DNA of 64,000 nucleotides from Candidatus Micrarchaeia archaeon (GCA_050303335.1 JBNLBN010000002.1:4856-68855), one strand, 5' to 3'; positions 47,078-56,827 are shown, counted from the stretch's first letter. Notes: generated from the sequence alone by a model not told the origin. Program-made: numbers and translations.

Positions 47078-48867
47078 TTTACCACTAGTACAAAAACCTC
47101 TCCGTTTGCTTCTACGGATTCAAGCTCTAAATCTCCATTTGTGAATAATACTGCCATTATTGTTCTAGCATTTTTTCTTACCCTCGCATTATCATGCTTC
47201 TCAAGCTTCCCAAGCTTATCCTTAGCACAACCAGAAAGAGAATCACATAGTCTGAGATTTCCCATTTTCAATCCTGCACCAACTATAGTCCTGGCATTAT
47301 CCCTTACAATATCATCCCTATGTTTTTCCAATTCCTCAAGCTTCTCCTTAGCACCATCAGCCAACCTATCAGCCAAATCCAGATTCCCCCTATTCAAAGC
47401 AGCACCAACTATAGTCCTGGCATTATCCCTTACAACCTCATCCCGATGCTTCTCCAGCTCCACAAGCTTTGTCTTAGTTTCAGAAGCTAACCTATCACAA
47501 AGCCCAAGATTCCCATTATGTAGTCCAGCACAAACAATAGTCCTGGCTATCATCTTGACGATTCCATCACCATGCTTCTCAAGTTCCTCAAGCTTCTTCT
47601 TAGCACTACCAGCCAATTTATCACAAAGATCCAGGTTTCCATTATGCAAAGCAACATAAACAATAGTCCTGGCATTATCCCTTACAATATCATCCCTATG
47701 TTTTTCCAATTCCTCAAGCTTCTCATTAGCACTACCAGCCAATTTATCACAAAGATCCAGGTTTCCTTTATTCAAACCAGCACCAACAATCGTCCTTGCA
47801 TTATCCCTTACAACCTCATCACCATGCTTCTCAAGTTTCTTCAATTTCTCCTTAGCGCCACTGGCCAACTTATCAACAAAATCCAGATTCCCTCGAACTA
47901 AAGCTGCATGAACAATAGTCCTGGCATAATCCCTTACAACCTCATCACCATGCTTCTCAAGTGCCTCAAGCTTCTCCTTAGCACCAGATGCCAGCCTATC
48001 ACAAAGATCAAGATTCCCTTTCTGCAAACCAGCACCAACAATAGTCCTGGCACTATCCCTTACAATCTCATCCCCATGTTCTTCCAATTCCCTAAGTTTC
48101 TCCTTAGCACCTTCAGCAAGCCTATCAGAGAGATCCAGATTCCCTCTATTCAAAGCAGCACAGACAATAGTCCTTGCATTATCTCTTACCACTTCATCCT
48201 CATGAGATTCAAGAACATCCAATTTCTCCTTAGCACCATCAGCGAGCCTATCAGCCAAATCCAGATTCCCCCTATTCAAAGCAGCATAAACAATAGTCCT
48301 TGCATTATCTCTTACAACTTCATCACCATGCTTCTCAAGTTCCTCAATCTTTTCCTGTATGTCAAAGACAGATTTTTTACTAAGATTTCTTCGAGGTTCA
48401 CTAAATTTAGCTTCGATACACAACTGCGTCTCAGCAAGCAGATGTCTTGCAAGATGAGGTAGCATCCTAACAAGCCTCATATCTTTCAATTGTTCAGGTT
48501 GTTCTCCATTTTCAAAATAATAAAGCGCAATAAGACGACAAATGCTCTTAGCAACACCAAGAAATTCTCTTTCTACTTTCTTATTTGGAAAAGAAACCTG
48601 CGACTTCATTTCAGCAAGTATTTCATCAGCAAAATCCTGTTTTTTTCTTTTTAGGGAGAATGGCAATGGTTTCTCCCTGACATCAAGGATGGATTCGACA
48701 TATTTCTGAGCAGCCAGTGATTCATAATCATCAGTCGGAGCTTTGCTGTAACGGATGACATCTTCAATAGTAGGATCAGGAAGAAGAAGTTTTCTGTGTG
48801 CTTCTGTTGCTTTGGTAGCTGCTAGTGAGTTTGCAATCGACAGTAATGAAAGTAGATTTCCCCTCAT
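47074..48867 (-). CDS. ARM/HEAT-like 42-aa-repeat protein, array member 2 (~10 repeats)
   Basis: It has the same N-terminal domain and about ten near-identical repeats (LEELEKHGDEVVRDNARTIVxAxLNxGNLDLxDxLAxGAKEK). Its tail is GDLELESVEANGEVFVLVVK. Confidence 0.8.
   Translation of the reverse strand: MRGNLLSLLSIANSLAATKATEAHRKLLLPDPTIEDVIRYSKAPTDDYESLAAQKYVESILDVREKPLPFSLKRKKQDFADEILAEMKSQVSFPNKKVEREFLGVAKSICRLIALYYFENGEQPEQLKDMRLVRMLPHLARHLLAETQLCIEAKFSEPRRNLSKKSVFDIQEKIEELEKHGDEVVRDNARTIVYAALNRGNLDLADRLADGAKEKLDVLESHEDEVVRDNARTIVCAALNRGNLDLSDRLAEGAKEKLRELEEHGDEIVRDSARTIVGAGLQKGNLDLCDRLASGAKEKLEALEKHGDEVVRDYARTIVHAALVRGNLDFVDKLASGAKEKLKKLEKHGDEVVRDNARTIVGAGLNKGNLDLCDKLAGSANEKLEELEKHRDDIVRDNARTIVYVALHNGNLDLCDKLAGSAKKKLEELEKHGDGIVKMIARTIVCAGLHNGNLGLCDRLASETKTKLVELEKHRDEVVRDNARTIVGAALNRGNLDLADRLADGAKEKLEELEKHRDDIVRDNARTIVGAGLKMGNLRLCDSLSGCAKDKLGKLEKHDNARVRKNARTIMAVLFTNGDLELESVEANGEVFVLVVK
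47139..48360 (-). repeat. in-frame 126-bp tandem repeats (approximate bounds)
   Basis: A 42-aa periodicity is visible in the product, and long stretches are near-identical at the DNA level. Confidence 0.7.
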
Positions 48868-50414
48868 TTTATCACCAAATCAAAAACCTCTCCGTGGGCT
48901 TCAACGGATTCAAGATCAAGATTTCCCTTTTGAAATAACCCTGATATTATCGTCCGTGCATTTTTTCTTACTCTTACCTCCCCATGCCTTTCCAATTTAC
49001 CAAGTTTCTCCTTAGCACCTTCAGCAAGCCTATCAGAGAGATCCAGATTCCCTCTATTCAAAGCAGCACTAACAATAGTCCTTGCATTGTCCCTCACAAC
49101 GTCATCACTATGACCTTCAAGCATCCTAAGTTTCTCCTTAGCACCTTCAGCAAGCCTATCAGAGAGATCCAGATTCCCCCTATTCAAAGCAGTACTAACA
49201 ATAGTCCTTGCATTATCCCTTACCACGACATCCCCATGCCTTTCCAATTTACCAAGTTTCTCCTTAGCACCATCAGCCAACCTATTAGCCAAATCCAGAT
49301 TCCCATTACGCAAAGCAGTACTAACAATAGTCCTTGCATTCTCCCTTACAAATTCTTCAGTATGCCCATCTAGCAGCCTAAGTTTCTCCTTAGCCCCCTC
49401 AGCCAATTTTTCACAAAAATCCAGGTTCCCTCTATTCAAAGCAGCATAAACAATAGTCCTTGCATTGTCCCTCACAATTTGCTCCTTGTGTTCTTCCAAT
49501 TCCCTAAGTTTCTCCTTAGCACCTTCAGCAAGCCTATCAGAGAGATCCAGATTCCCTCTATTCAAAGCAGCACAGACAATAGTCCTTGCATTATCTCTTA
49601 CAACCTCCTCCTCATGAGATTCAAGAACATCCGATTTCTCCTTAGCACCATTAGCCAGCCTATCAGCCAATTTCAGGTTCCCTTTATTCAAAGCAGTACT
49701 AACAATAGTCCTTGCATTGTCCCTCACAACCTCCTCCTCATGAGATTCAAGAACATCCAATTTCTCCTTAGCACCATTAGCCAGCCTATCAGCCAATTCC
49801 AGGTTCCCTTGATGCAAAGCAGTACCAACAATATTCCTGGCATTATCTCTTACAATCTCATCCTCATGGTCTTCAAGCAGTTCCAATTTTTCTAAAATAT
49901 CGAAAACAGAAACTTTACTGAGGTTCATTTTAGGATTTGTGAATTTCATTTCAACACACAATTCAGTCTCAGCAAGAAGATGCCTTGCAAGATACGGTAA
50001 CATCCTTACAAGCCTCGTATCTTTCAATTGCTCCGGCTGTTCCCCATCCTCAAAATAATAAAGTGCAATAAGTCTTGAAATGCTCTTGGTGACTCCCAGG
50101 AATTCTTTTTCGATTTTTTTAGAGTTATAAGAAACATGAAGGTTCATCTCAGCAAGTATTTCATCAGCAAAATCCTGCTTTTTTCTTTTAATTGATCTTG
50201 GCAATGGTTTCTCCCTGACATCCAGAATAGATTCAACAAACCTGACCGCAGCCAAAGATTCATAATCATCAGTCGGAGCTTTGCTGTAACGGATGACATC
50301 TTCAATAGTAGGATCAGGCAGCAATAGCTTCCTGTGTGCCTCTGTTGCTTTGGTAGCAGTAGGAGATCTAGCTATGGATAGCAGTGAGAGTAGCCTGGAC
50401 CTGTTGTGAAGCAT
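48864..50414 (-). CDS. ARM/HEAT-like 42-aa-repeat protein, array member 1 (~8 repeats)
   Basis: The start is revised to MLHNRSRLLSLLSIARSP (ATG at 50414), about 22 nt after a minus-strand GTATTTAAATACTG. It has the same domain plan, with tail GNLDLESVEAHGEVFDLVIK. Confidence 0.8.
   Translation of the reverse strand: MLHNRSRLLSLLSIARSPTATKATEAHRKLLLPDPTIEDVIRYSKAPTDDYESLAAVRFVESILDVREKPLPRSIKRKKQDFADEILAEMNLHVSYNSKKIEKEFLGVTKSISRLIALYYFEDGEQPEQLKDTRLVRMLPYLARHLLAETELCVEMKFTNPKMNLSKVSVFDILEKLELLEDHEDEIVRDNARNIVGTALHQGNLELADRLANGAKEKLDVLESHEEEVVRDNARTIVSTALNKGNLKLADRLANGAKEKSDVLESHEEEVVRDNARTIVCAALNRGNLDLSDRLAEGAKEKLRELEEHKEQIVRDNARTIVYAALNRGNLDFCEKLAEGAKEKLRLLDGHTEEFVRENARTIVSTALRNGNLDLANRLADGAKEKLGKLERHGDVVVRDNARTIVSTALNRGNLDLSDRLAEGAKEKLRMLEGHSDDVVRDNARTIVSAALNRGNLDLSDRLAEGAKEKLGKLERHGEVRVRKNARTIISGLFQKGNLDLESVEAHGEVFDLVIK
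48926..49913 (-). repeat. in-frame 126-bp tandem repeats (approximate bounds)
   Basis: A 42-aa periodicity is visible in the product. Segments are shared almost verbatim with the 47074..48867 gene. Confidence 0.7.
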
Positions 50415-50495
50415 GAATATATACTTACTGTAACAGTATTTAAATACTTGCTTTATTCTGACCTCAAAGACCATCTCTGAGATTGCCTGTTTTTG

Positions 50496-51068
50496 CTATC
50501 TCATCCTGTTTTTGGCCAGTATTGCAAGGCATGCAATTATAGTAAGCCCGCTGATTAACCCTATTGCCGTCGCAACCAGGTTCTGGTCAGCATGGTCCGG
50601 CTCATCAAGGAATTCATCAGGAGCAGCAACAGCCAGTGCCTTCGGGGCAAGGTCCTCATCATTTACTCTTTGGGCCTCCCCCGCAGCAGCTGTCTCAAGC
50701 ATCATCGGCTCATCCGCAACAGGTGCAGGAGGAACCATCATGAAGAACGATGCGGCAAGCGCTATCAATGATATGGACAATAATACGAGGACGCGGAACT
50801 CCTTGGGCCCAACTATGTTCTTCCCTTTTCTGGTCAGTTCATAGTATTTCCATTTGTGGCCGTCGTCTATTTTCTCAATAAGGTGCGTCTTTTCAAGGAT
50901 CTCAAGATGTTCCTTTATGCCGGAAACGGACATCCCAGTCTCCTTCGAGAGCTCGGTAAGGGTTTTCCTCCTTTCCTTGAGGGATTTGAGAATCTTCACT
51001 CGCGTATCGACTGCAAGAGCTTCGAAGCTCTCCTTGTCAAGAACTATCTTGTCCTCGTCCATGAACAT
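50496..51068 (-). CDS. membrane-tethered ArsR-family winged-helix regulator
   Basis: The N-terminus has an HTH (ALAVDTRVKILKSLKERRKTLTELSKETGMSVSGIKEHLEILEKTHLI...YYELTRKG). Two hydrophobic segments follow (VLVLLSISLIALAASFFMM and AIGLISGLTIIACLAILA). Confidence 0.7.
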   Translation of the reverse strand: MFMDEDKIVLDKESFEALAVDTRVKILKSLKERRKTLTELSKETGMSVSGIKEHLEILEKTHLIEKIDDGHKWKYYELTRKGKNIVGPKEFRVLVLLSISLIALAASFFMMVPPAPVADEPMMLETAAAGEAQRVNDEDLAPKALAVAAPDEFLDEPDHADQNLVATAIGLISGLTIIACLAILAKNRMR

Positions 51069-51175
51069 CTTATTATTTAAATGTTTAATAAATAATCTAC
51101 TTTTATTGCGGTTTATGCCGTGAAAAGGTGATTTCTGCCAAACTGGAACATGTTTGGCGGGACGGTTGCGTTAGC

Positions 51176-51183
51176 TTTATAAA
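51176..51183 (+). promoter_or_regulatory. candidate TATA box of the 16S rRNA promoter
   Basis: TTTATAAA lies in the intergenic region about 100 nt upstream of the processing-stem strand. This is a positional inference only. Confidence 0.35.
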
Positions 51184-51281
51184 CTCATCTATCGTATATC
51201 ATAGTCACCGTTTTTTTCGGTTTCAGTTTTAATTGACTGAGGCTGATTTATGTAAACTTGAAATCTAACGCTTTTAGATTT

Positions 51282-51312
51282 GACTCACGCTTCAAGAGTA
51301 AAGGAAAGTATA
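51282..51312 (+). promoter_or_regulatory. 5' strand of the 16S rRNA processing stem (bulge-helix-bulge-like)
   Basis: GACTCACGCTTCAAGAGTAAAGGAAAGTATA is complementary to 52952..52982 (TATACTTTCCACTCTAAATGAAGCGTGAGTC). The pairing gives 13-bp and 10-bp helices flanking a short central helix (AGAGT/ACTCT), with an AAA bulge on each strand. Confidence 0.75.
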
Positions 51313-51362
51313 ACGTCGATTCCGAAATTAATGATTAAATAATTCGGTTCAGCAGAAGATCA

Positions 51363-52897
<1,535 letters not shown>

Positions 52898-52923
52898 AAA
52901 ATTCAAATCACACTTTGAATAAA

Positions 52924-52982
52924 TTGGAATGCGTGTGCAAGAAAAAATAGTTATACTTTCCACTCTAAATGAAGCGTGAGTC
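52924..52982 (+). repeat. R1: 16S 3' flank repeat (unit a TTGGAATGCGTGTGCAAGAAA + unit b = 3' strand of the 16S processing stem)
   Basis: Unit b (52952..52982) pairs with 51282..51312. The whole a+b unit recurs at 54090..54141. Confidence 0.85.
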
Positions 52983-53107
52983 GTATATTTTCTTCTCAGC
53001 GTGAGCTCTGTTCAATAATCCTGAACTGTTTGTTTAAGAAAACTGGATGGTGGAAGCAAATTAGAAATACCAAAAGGTATATAAATATACCAATCGGTAA
53101 TTACAAT

Positions 53108-53647
53108 ATGAAATTAGAGGATTTTAGCGGAATAAAACTACTAAGCTGGTTCCTTGAAAATCCGACAAAAAAGATTCATTTCAAGGATCTTTGCCGCAAA
53201 CTAGAATTGGGTCCACCAACTGTCAAGAAATACTGCGAGGAATATATTGGTTACGGATGGATCGAGGAAGAAAGAAAAGCGAATTTGAGGATCTTCTCCC
53301 TTAATAATGAAGATTTTGTAGTAAAGGCGATCAAAAGAGCTTATTTTCTTAAAAAGCTAAGTGGACTGGGAATAGGGCAAATTGTGGATGAAAATGCAAT
53401 ATCTCTGGCACTCTATGGGAGTTATTCTTCTGGCGAATATGATGAAAAGAGCGATATTGACCTGATTATTGTAGGGAATGAGGAGAATGTAGAACATGAA
53501 AAATTGGAGGAAATGAAGAAAAAACTGAAAATGGACGTCCAGCTCACCATCTTCTCGCTTGAAAAATGGGAAAGCAATAAGGACAATGATGCTTTTATGA
53601 ACTCAGTTCTAAGGAATAATGTTCTTCTGAAAGGTGCACCTCTATGA
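53108..53647 (+). CDS. nucleotidyltransferase (MNT-type) with N-terminal wHTH; antitoxin-like partner of the HEPN protein
   Basis: The segment LYGSYSSGEYDEKSDIDLIIVG fits the minimal NTase pattern G-S-x(n)-D-x-D. The start is revised to MKLEDFSG, about 25 nt after TATATAAATA. Confidence 0.75.
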   Translation: MKLEDFSGIKLLSWFLENPTKKIHFKDLCRKLELGPPTVKKYCEEYIGYGWIEEERKANLRIFSLNNEDFVVKAIKRAYFLKKLSGLGIGQIVDENAISLALYGSYSSGEYDEKSDIDLIIVGNEENVEHEKLEEMKKKLKMDVQLTIFSLEKWESNKDNDAFMNSVLRNNVLLKGAPL

Positions 53648-54057
53648 GCTTTGAAGACTGTGTTGGAAAGGGACTTATAAAAAAATCGTCGGATGCACAG
53701 ATAAGGATCAAACAATCAGTTGATCTTGGAGATAAATTCCTTAAAAGTGCCCAAAAGAATTTTGAGATTTCCGAGTATGTTGTCAGTGAGCTTATTGCCT
53801 ATACGGCACTTTTTCATTATGCCAGGGCCCTGCTTTTTAAGTATGGGTATATAGAACGAAGCCATGCCTGCTTGTTCATAGCATTGAAGAAATTATATCC
53901 GGCAGAAAAAAAATTGATTGAAAAAGCTGATAAAATACGTATTGAAAGGCACAATCTGCAGTACTCAGGACTTACTACTGATGAGAAATCGGCCATGTTC
54001 ATACTTGCTTTCGTAAAGGAATTTGCAGAAAAGACCGATGACCTCCTGCACGAGTGA
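53644..54057 (+). CDS. HEPN-domain protein (toxin-like partner of MNT)
   Basis: It is 137 aa and helical, and its start makes an ATGA overlap with the NTase gene. The segment IRIERHNLQYSG resembles the HEPN R(N)xxx(H/Y) motif. The gene-pair architecture is typical of MNT/HEPN modules. Confidence 0.6.
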   Translation: MSFEDCVGKGLIKKSSDAQIRIKQSVDLGDKFLKSAQKNFEISEYVVSELIAYTALFHYARALLFKYGYIERSHACLFIALKKLYPAEKKLIEKADKIRIERHNLQYSGLTTDEKSAMFILAFVKEFAEKTDDLLHE

Positions 54058-54089
54058 TTGGATGCTTTTTGTTCTGATGCGATCCACAT

Positions 54090-54161
54090 TTGGAATGCGT
54101 GTGCAAGAAATATACTTTCCACTCTAAATGAAGCGTGAGTCTATTCTACTTATTTGTTTCC
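54090..54161 (+). repeat. R2: second full copy of the 16S 3' flank repeat (a+b), with tail CTATTCTACTTATTTGTTTCC
   Basis: 54111..54141 is identical over 31 nt to 52952..52982. 54090..54110 is identical to 52924..52944. Confidence 0.85.
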
Positions 54162-54210
54162 AGACTAATTTAATATGTCAATTAGGTACTGTCACAAACA
54201 AATTTTTTAA

Positions 54211-54618
54211 TCATTTTTTATCTGTTGGGCCTTCCCTTAAAAGGTCTTCTGCGCTTGGAGAATCCGTACTTATAGTATAATGATAATTGAAGACTCCATT
54301 GTCACGGTGCAAGCCGCTGCGTTTATCTGATTCGTCCGCCTGCCTAAATCCTGTTAAATAGTGTGGACCAGCTAAATCAAATTTATCAAATGGTCCTCTA
54401 TAGCAGGCAAATGAAATCGCTCCCTGCAGAGTTTCATTATCTCCCGAGAATTTTATCTCTTCGGATGTTTCAACTGATTCTGCTGACAACTCCTTAATAC
54501 CTACGTTTCTTTGCAGGGCTTCAACTCCTGCGTTGGAAAATTTTTCAGGAACCCTGAAACTGATCTCTTTTGCTGTTTTTTTGTTGACCCCTTTTCCATG
54601 AAATATATAACCTGCCAT
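54211..54618 (-). CDS. ribbon-helix-helix-like protein (paralog of 58495..58749)
   Basis: MAGYIFHGKGVNKKTAKEISFRVPEKFSNAGVEALQRNVGIKEL aligns with MVLITIEGKGKNMKTKKDISFRLPQFLSSEALANLRKNVMITEL. The ISFR(L/V)P segment is typical of an RHH beta-strand. The start is set at M23 of the track ORF, about 22 nt after ATATATAAAG. Confidence 0.5.
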   Translation of the reverse strand: MAGYIFHGKGVNKKTAKEISFRVPEKFSNAGVEALQRNVGIKELSAESVETSEEIKFSGDNETLQGAISFACYRGPFDKFDLAGPHYLTGFRQADESDKRSGLHRDNGVFNYHYTISTDSPSAEDLLREGPTDKK

Positions 54619-54774
54619 ATCTATATTTAGATGGAAAGTCTTTATATATCTTACCATTTTATACAACAAATCACTAACTGTCACTCAGTTCTCTCCAAAG
54701 TCTTGGAACTGACTTCTGCAATAACAGAGTTGCCTTGTTCATTGGCTTTCTGGACGCCTCGCCATGATTTTACC

Positions 54775-54820
54775 CTTTCCACTCTAAATGAAGCGTTAGT
54801 TGTTCTACTTATTTGTTTAC
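54775..54820 (+). repeat. R3: partial, slightly diverged copy of unit b plus the R2-type tail
   Basis: Compare CTTTCCACTCTAAATGAAGCGTTAGTTGTTCTACTTATTTGTTTAC here with R2's CTTTCCACTCTAAATGAAGCGTGAGTCTATTCTACTTATTTGTTTCC. Confidence 0.75.
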
Positions 54821-54849
54821 AAATATTTCTCTTATCCTTATTGGCAGTA

Positions 54850-55410
54850 TTAGTCCTTTGAGGGAATTGTAACCTTGATTGTGTTGCACGGTTTATCATC
54901 AGGTTGTGCTTTAACTAGTTCTATTGGTTTTTCCACCCATTTGTGGCCATTAGGAAATATGACTTTTTCTACATCAACCATCTGCGCACAACTATTCTTA
55001 GAACACTTCTGGGCCTCAATTCTAAACATGTTTTTGTCTTCGTAATTAGAAACTTCCACCCTGACACTGTAACCTTGCGATGCCCTGAGACTGGAACGAA
55101 GTCTTTCTTCAGTTTTGGGTTCTCTTATGTATAGAACTATTCCAGCCGCAGTAATTCCGTGGTACTCACATGCAGTTCTATTCGATGTCCAAATTGTGGC
55201 AGGAGGTTCAACTATTCGTAATTGATATGTAGAATAACCACTCAAATCAAAAATGCATGCAGCGGAAACAGAAGCAACAACCCCTCCAATTAGTGTTGCT
55301 TTTAGGGGATTTATTTTTCTGAACTTGTTTTTAATTCTTTCAAATGATAATTCTCGTTTCAGTGTTCCAAATTCCTGTTTAAAGGCTCCATTCATAACTA
55401 TTTTATCCAC
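54850..55410 (-). CDS. putative lipoprotein / membrane-anchored secreted protein
   Basis: A basic n-region, hydrophobic core and lipobox-like SAAC are present (KFRKINPLKATLIGGVVASVSAACIF). No domain is recognised. Confidence 0.55.
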   Translation of the reverse strand: MDKIVMNGAFKQEFGTLKRELSFERIKNKFRKINPLKATLIGGVVASVSAACIFDLSGYSTYQLRIVEPPATIWTSNRTACEYHGITAAGIVLYIREPKTEERLRSSLRASQGYSVRVEVSNYEDKNMFRIEAQKCSKNSCAQMVDVEKVIFPNGHKWVEKPIELVKAQPDDKPCNTIKVTIPSKD

Positions 55411-55470
55411 AAAAGTGTTTATAATGGTTACTATTTATGTAATTTCATGTAAAATACTATTGCGAACTAC

Positions 55471-55510
55471 AATTGAAGCATGAGTAAATCAAATTCTTCT
55501 CAGTGCTGGC
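55471..55510 (+). repeat. R4: degenerate copy of the end of unit b plus the R1-type tail
   Basis: Compare TTGAAGCATGAGTAAATCAAATTCTTCTCAGTGCTGG here with R1's ATGAAGCGTGAGTCGTATATTTTCTTCTCAGCGTGAG. Confidence 0.5.
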
Positions 55511-55566
55511 TATAATGAACACTTTGTTTAACTTTGTTGAACAAAGTAAATTGAAAAAGTATCTGA

Positions 55567-56256
55567 CTATTCCAAGAGCCTTGACATGACACATTCCTGG
55601 GGATCAGGCTTGCCTTTGCATTCTTCTGTTAGCTTCTGGATTTTCTTATCCATATCACGATGCTTCAAATCCCGCATTTTGGAAGCCATGCATACTATTG
55701 GCCCAACTTCATCCTTGCATTCGTCAGAAAATCGTTTCAATTCATCAAGCGTCTCATCGTCACGTCCTACTGTACCAAAGCAAAAACCTTGAGGATCTCC
55801 CTGAGTAACCTTGACGTATCTTTTCCCGTCTATCTTTTCAAATTCCAGTGTTAGTATAAATTCTCCAACCACTTGACCGTATTTAGTCTTTTCCCCATCT
55901 TCAAGTGTTACTCCCTCTTCGTCAATATTCCTTATTCTTTGAGTATGATCAGTTTTGAAATACTGGTTTAAATCCGTACCGATTGTTGCGATAAACTGCC
56001 TGCCAACACTTGAAAGGCAATTTTCATCGTAACTCTGTTCATCTGAAGTCATTTCAGGTTCTTTTTTATCCTCACTCTTCCCTTCCATGGATAGACAGGT
56101 ATTTGTTTCTACATCTTCAATTTGGCAGGTCTTTGTTTCAGCTGGCATTGCGGTTCTTGCAGGCATTGCAGGTTCGATTTTTGGAACACAAGAAACTGCT
56201 GATGCAAAAGCAACTGCAGAAACAACTCTGGATAATCTCTGTTTTATGTATTTCAT
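55567..56256 (-). CDS. putative lipoprotein, paralog of 56292..56729
   Basis: The signal and lipobox are VVSAVAFASAVSCVPKIEPAM. The C-terminal region EGVTLEDGEKTKYGQVVGEF...FEKIDGKRYVKVTQGDPQGFC aligns with the neighbour. Confidence 0.65.
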   Translation of the reverse strand: MKYIKQRLSRVVSAVAFASAVSCVPKIEPAMPARTAMPAETKTCQIEDVETNTCLSMEGKSEDKKEPEMTSDEQSYDENCLSSVGRQFIATIGTDLNQYFKTDHTQRIRNIDEEGVTLEDGEKTKYGQVVGEFILTLEFEKIDGKRYVKVTQGDPQGFCFGTVGRDDETLDELKRFSDECKDEVGPIVCMASKMRDLKHRDMDKKIQKLTEECKGKPDPQECVMSRLLE

Positions 56257-56291
56257 GATAAGATATTGTTACAAAAAAATAAAAAATATGT

Positions 56292-56729
56292 CTAATAAAT
56301 AGCCTGGGGCCTTTTCATGTGGTCATAATTGCAGGTCGTCTCGGGATCGTTTACTACTACTTTTACATAGTATTTGCCATCGATCTTGTCGAATCTTATA
56401 TTGCCCTGATCCACCCTGAACGTTTCGCCGTAATGAAGCTTGCCCTTCGTGCTGCTCACTTCGAATTCGACGCCTTCGTAATCGATCTTTACAATCCTTT
56501 TTGGCTCTTTTGAGGGAAATGTCCTGTATACGTCGTCTCCGACCTTTGCAACATACATCATTCCAACTGCATTAGTGCATTTTGTCGTCATGTCCGATTC
56601 AGGCGTGACCTGCTGGAATTTCGTGGAAACCTCTCCCCTTCTGCACGCCATGACCGGTTCGGTCTTGGGCGCACAAGAAAATGCGCCAGCAATGGCTGCT
56701 GCACCAGTGATAACTCTAAGCTTGTTCAT
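56292..56729 (-). CDS. putative lipoprotein, paralog of 55567..56256
   Basis: The signal and lipobox are ITGAAAIAGAFSCAPKTEPVM. The C-terminal region is EGVEFEVSSTKGKLHYGETF...FDKIDGKYYVKVVVNDPETTC. Confidence 0.65.
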   Translation of the reverse strand: MNKLRVITGAAAIAGAFSCAPKTEPVMACRRGEVSTKFQQVTPESDMTTKCTNAVGMMYVAKVGDDVYRTFPSKEPKRIVKIDYEGVEFEVSSTKGKLHYGETFRVDQGNIRFDKIDGKYYVKVVVNDPETTCNYDHMKRPQAIY

Positions 56730-56827
56730 AACCTCTAATTTGTACAGATAGTTTTAAAACACTTAGTTCCATTAAAGAAAACATTATAACGACACCATTT
56801 TTAAACATTTAATAACATCTTATATCT

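Noticed and set aside
46283-49895. Plus-strand ORFs with striking periodic peptides (...LLSTxSQPISQxQxPxIQSSTNNSPCI...), e.g. 46283..46630, 47141..47659, 47908..48462, 48984..49373 and 49479..49895. Similar ones occur at 35771..36593.
   Set aside because: They mirror the 126-bp repeats on the antisense strand. The minus-strand frames give full-length paralogs with conserved non-repetitive N- and C-terminal domains, 4-nt gene overlaps and a promoter. The plus-strand ORFs are fragmentary and lack start context.
44444-49913. Regularly spaced near-identical DNA repeats that might suggest a CRISPR array.
   Set aside because: The period is 126 bp with no unique spacers. The repeats are in-frame coding units of the ARM/HEAT-like proteins. 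No cas genes or leader are present.
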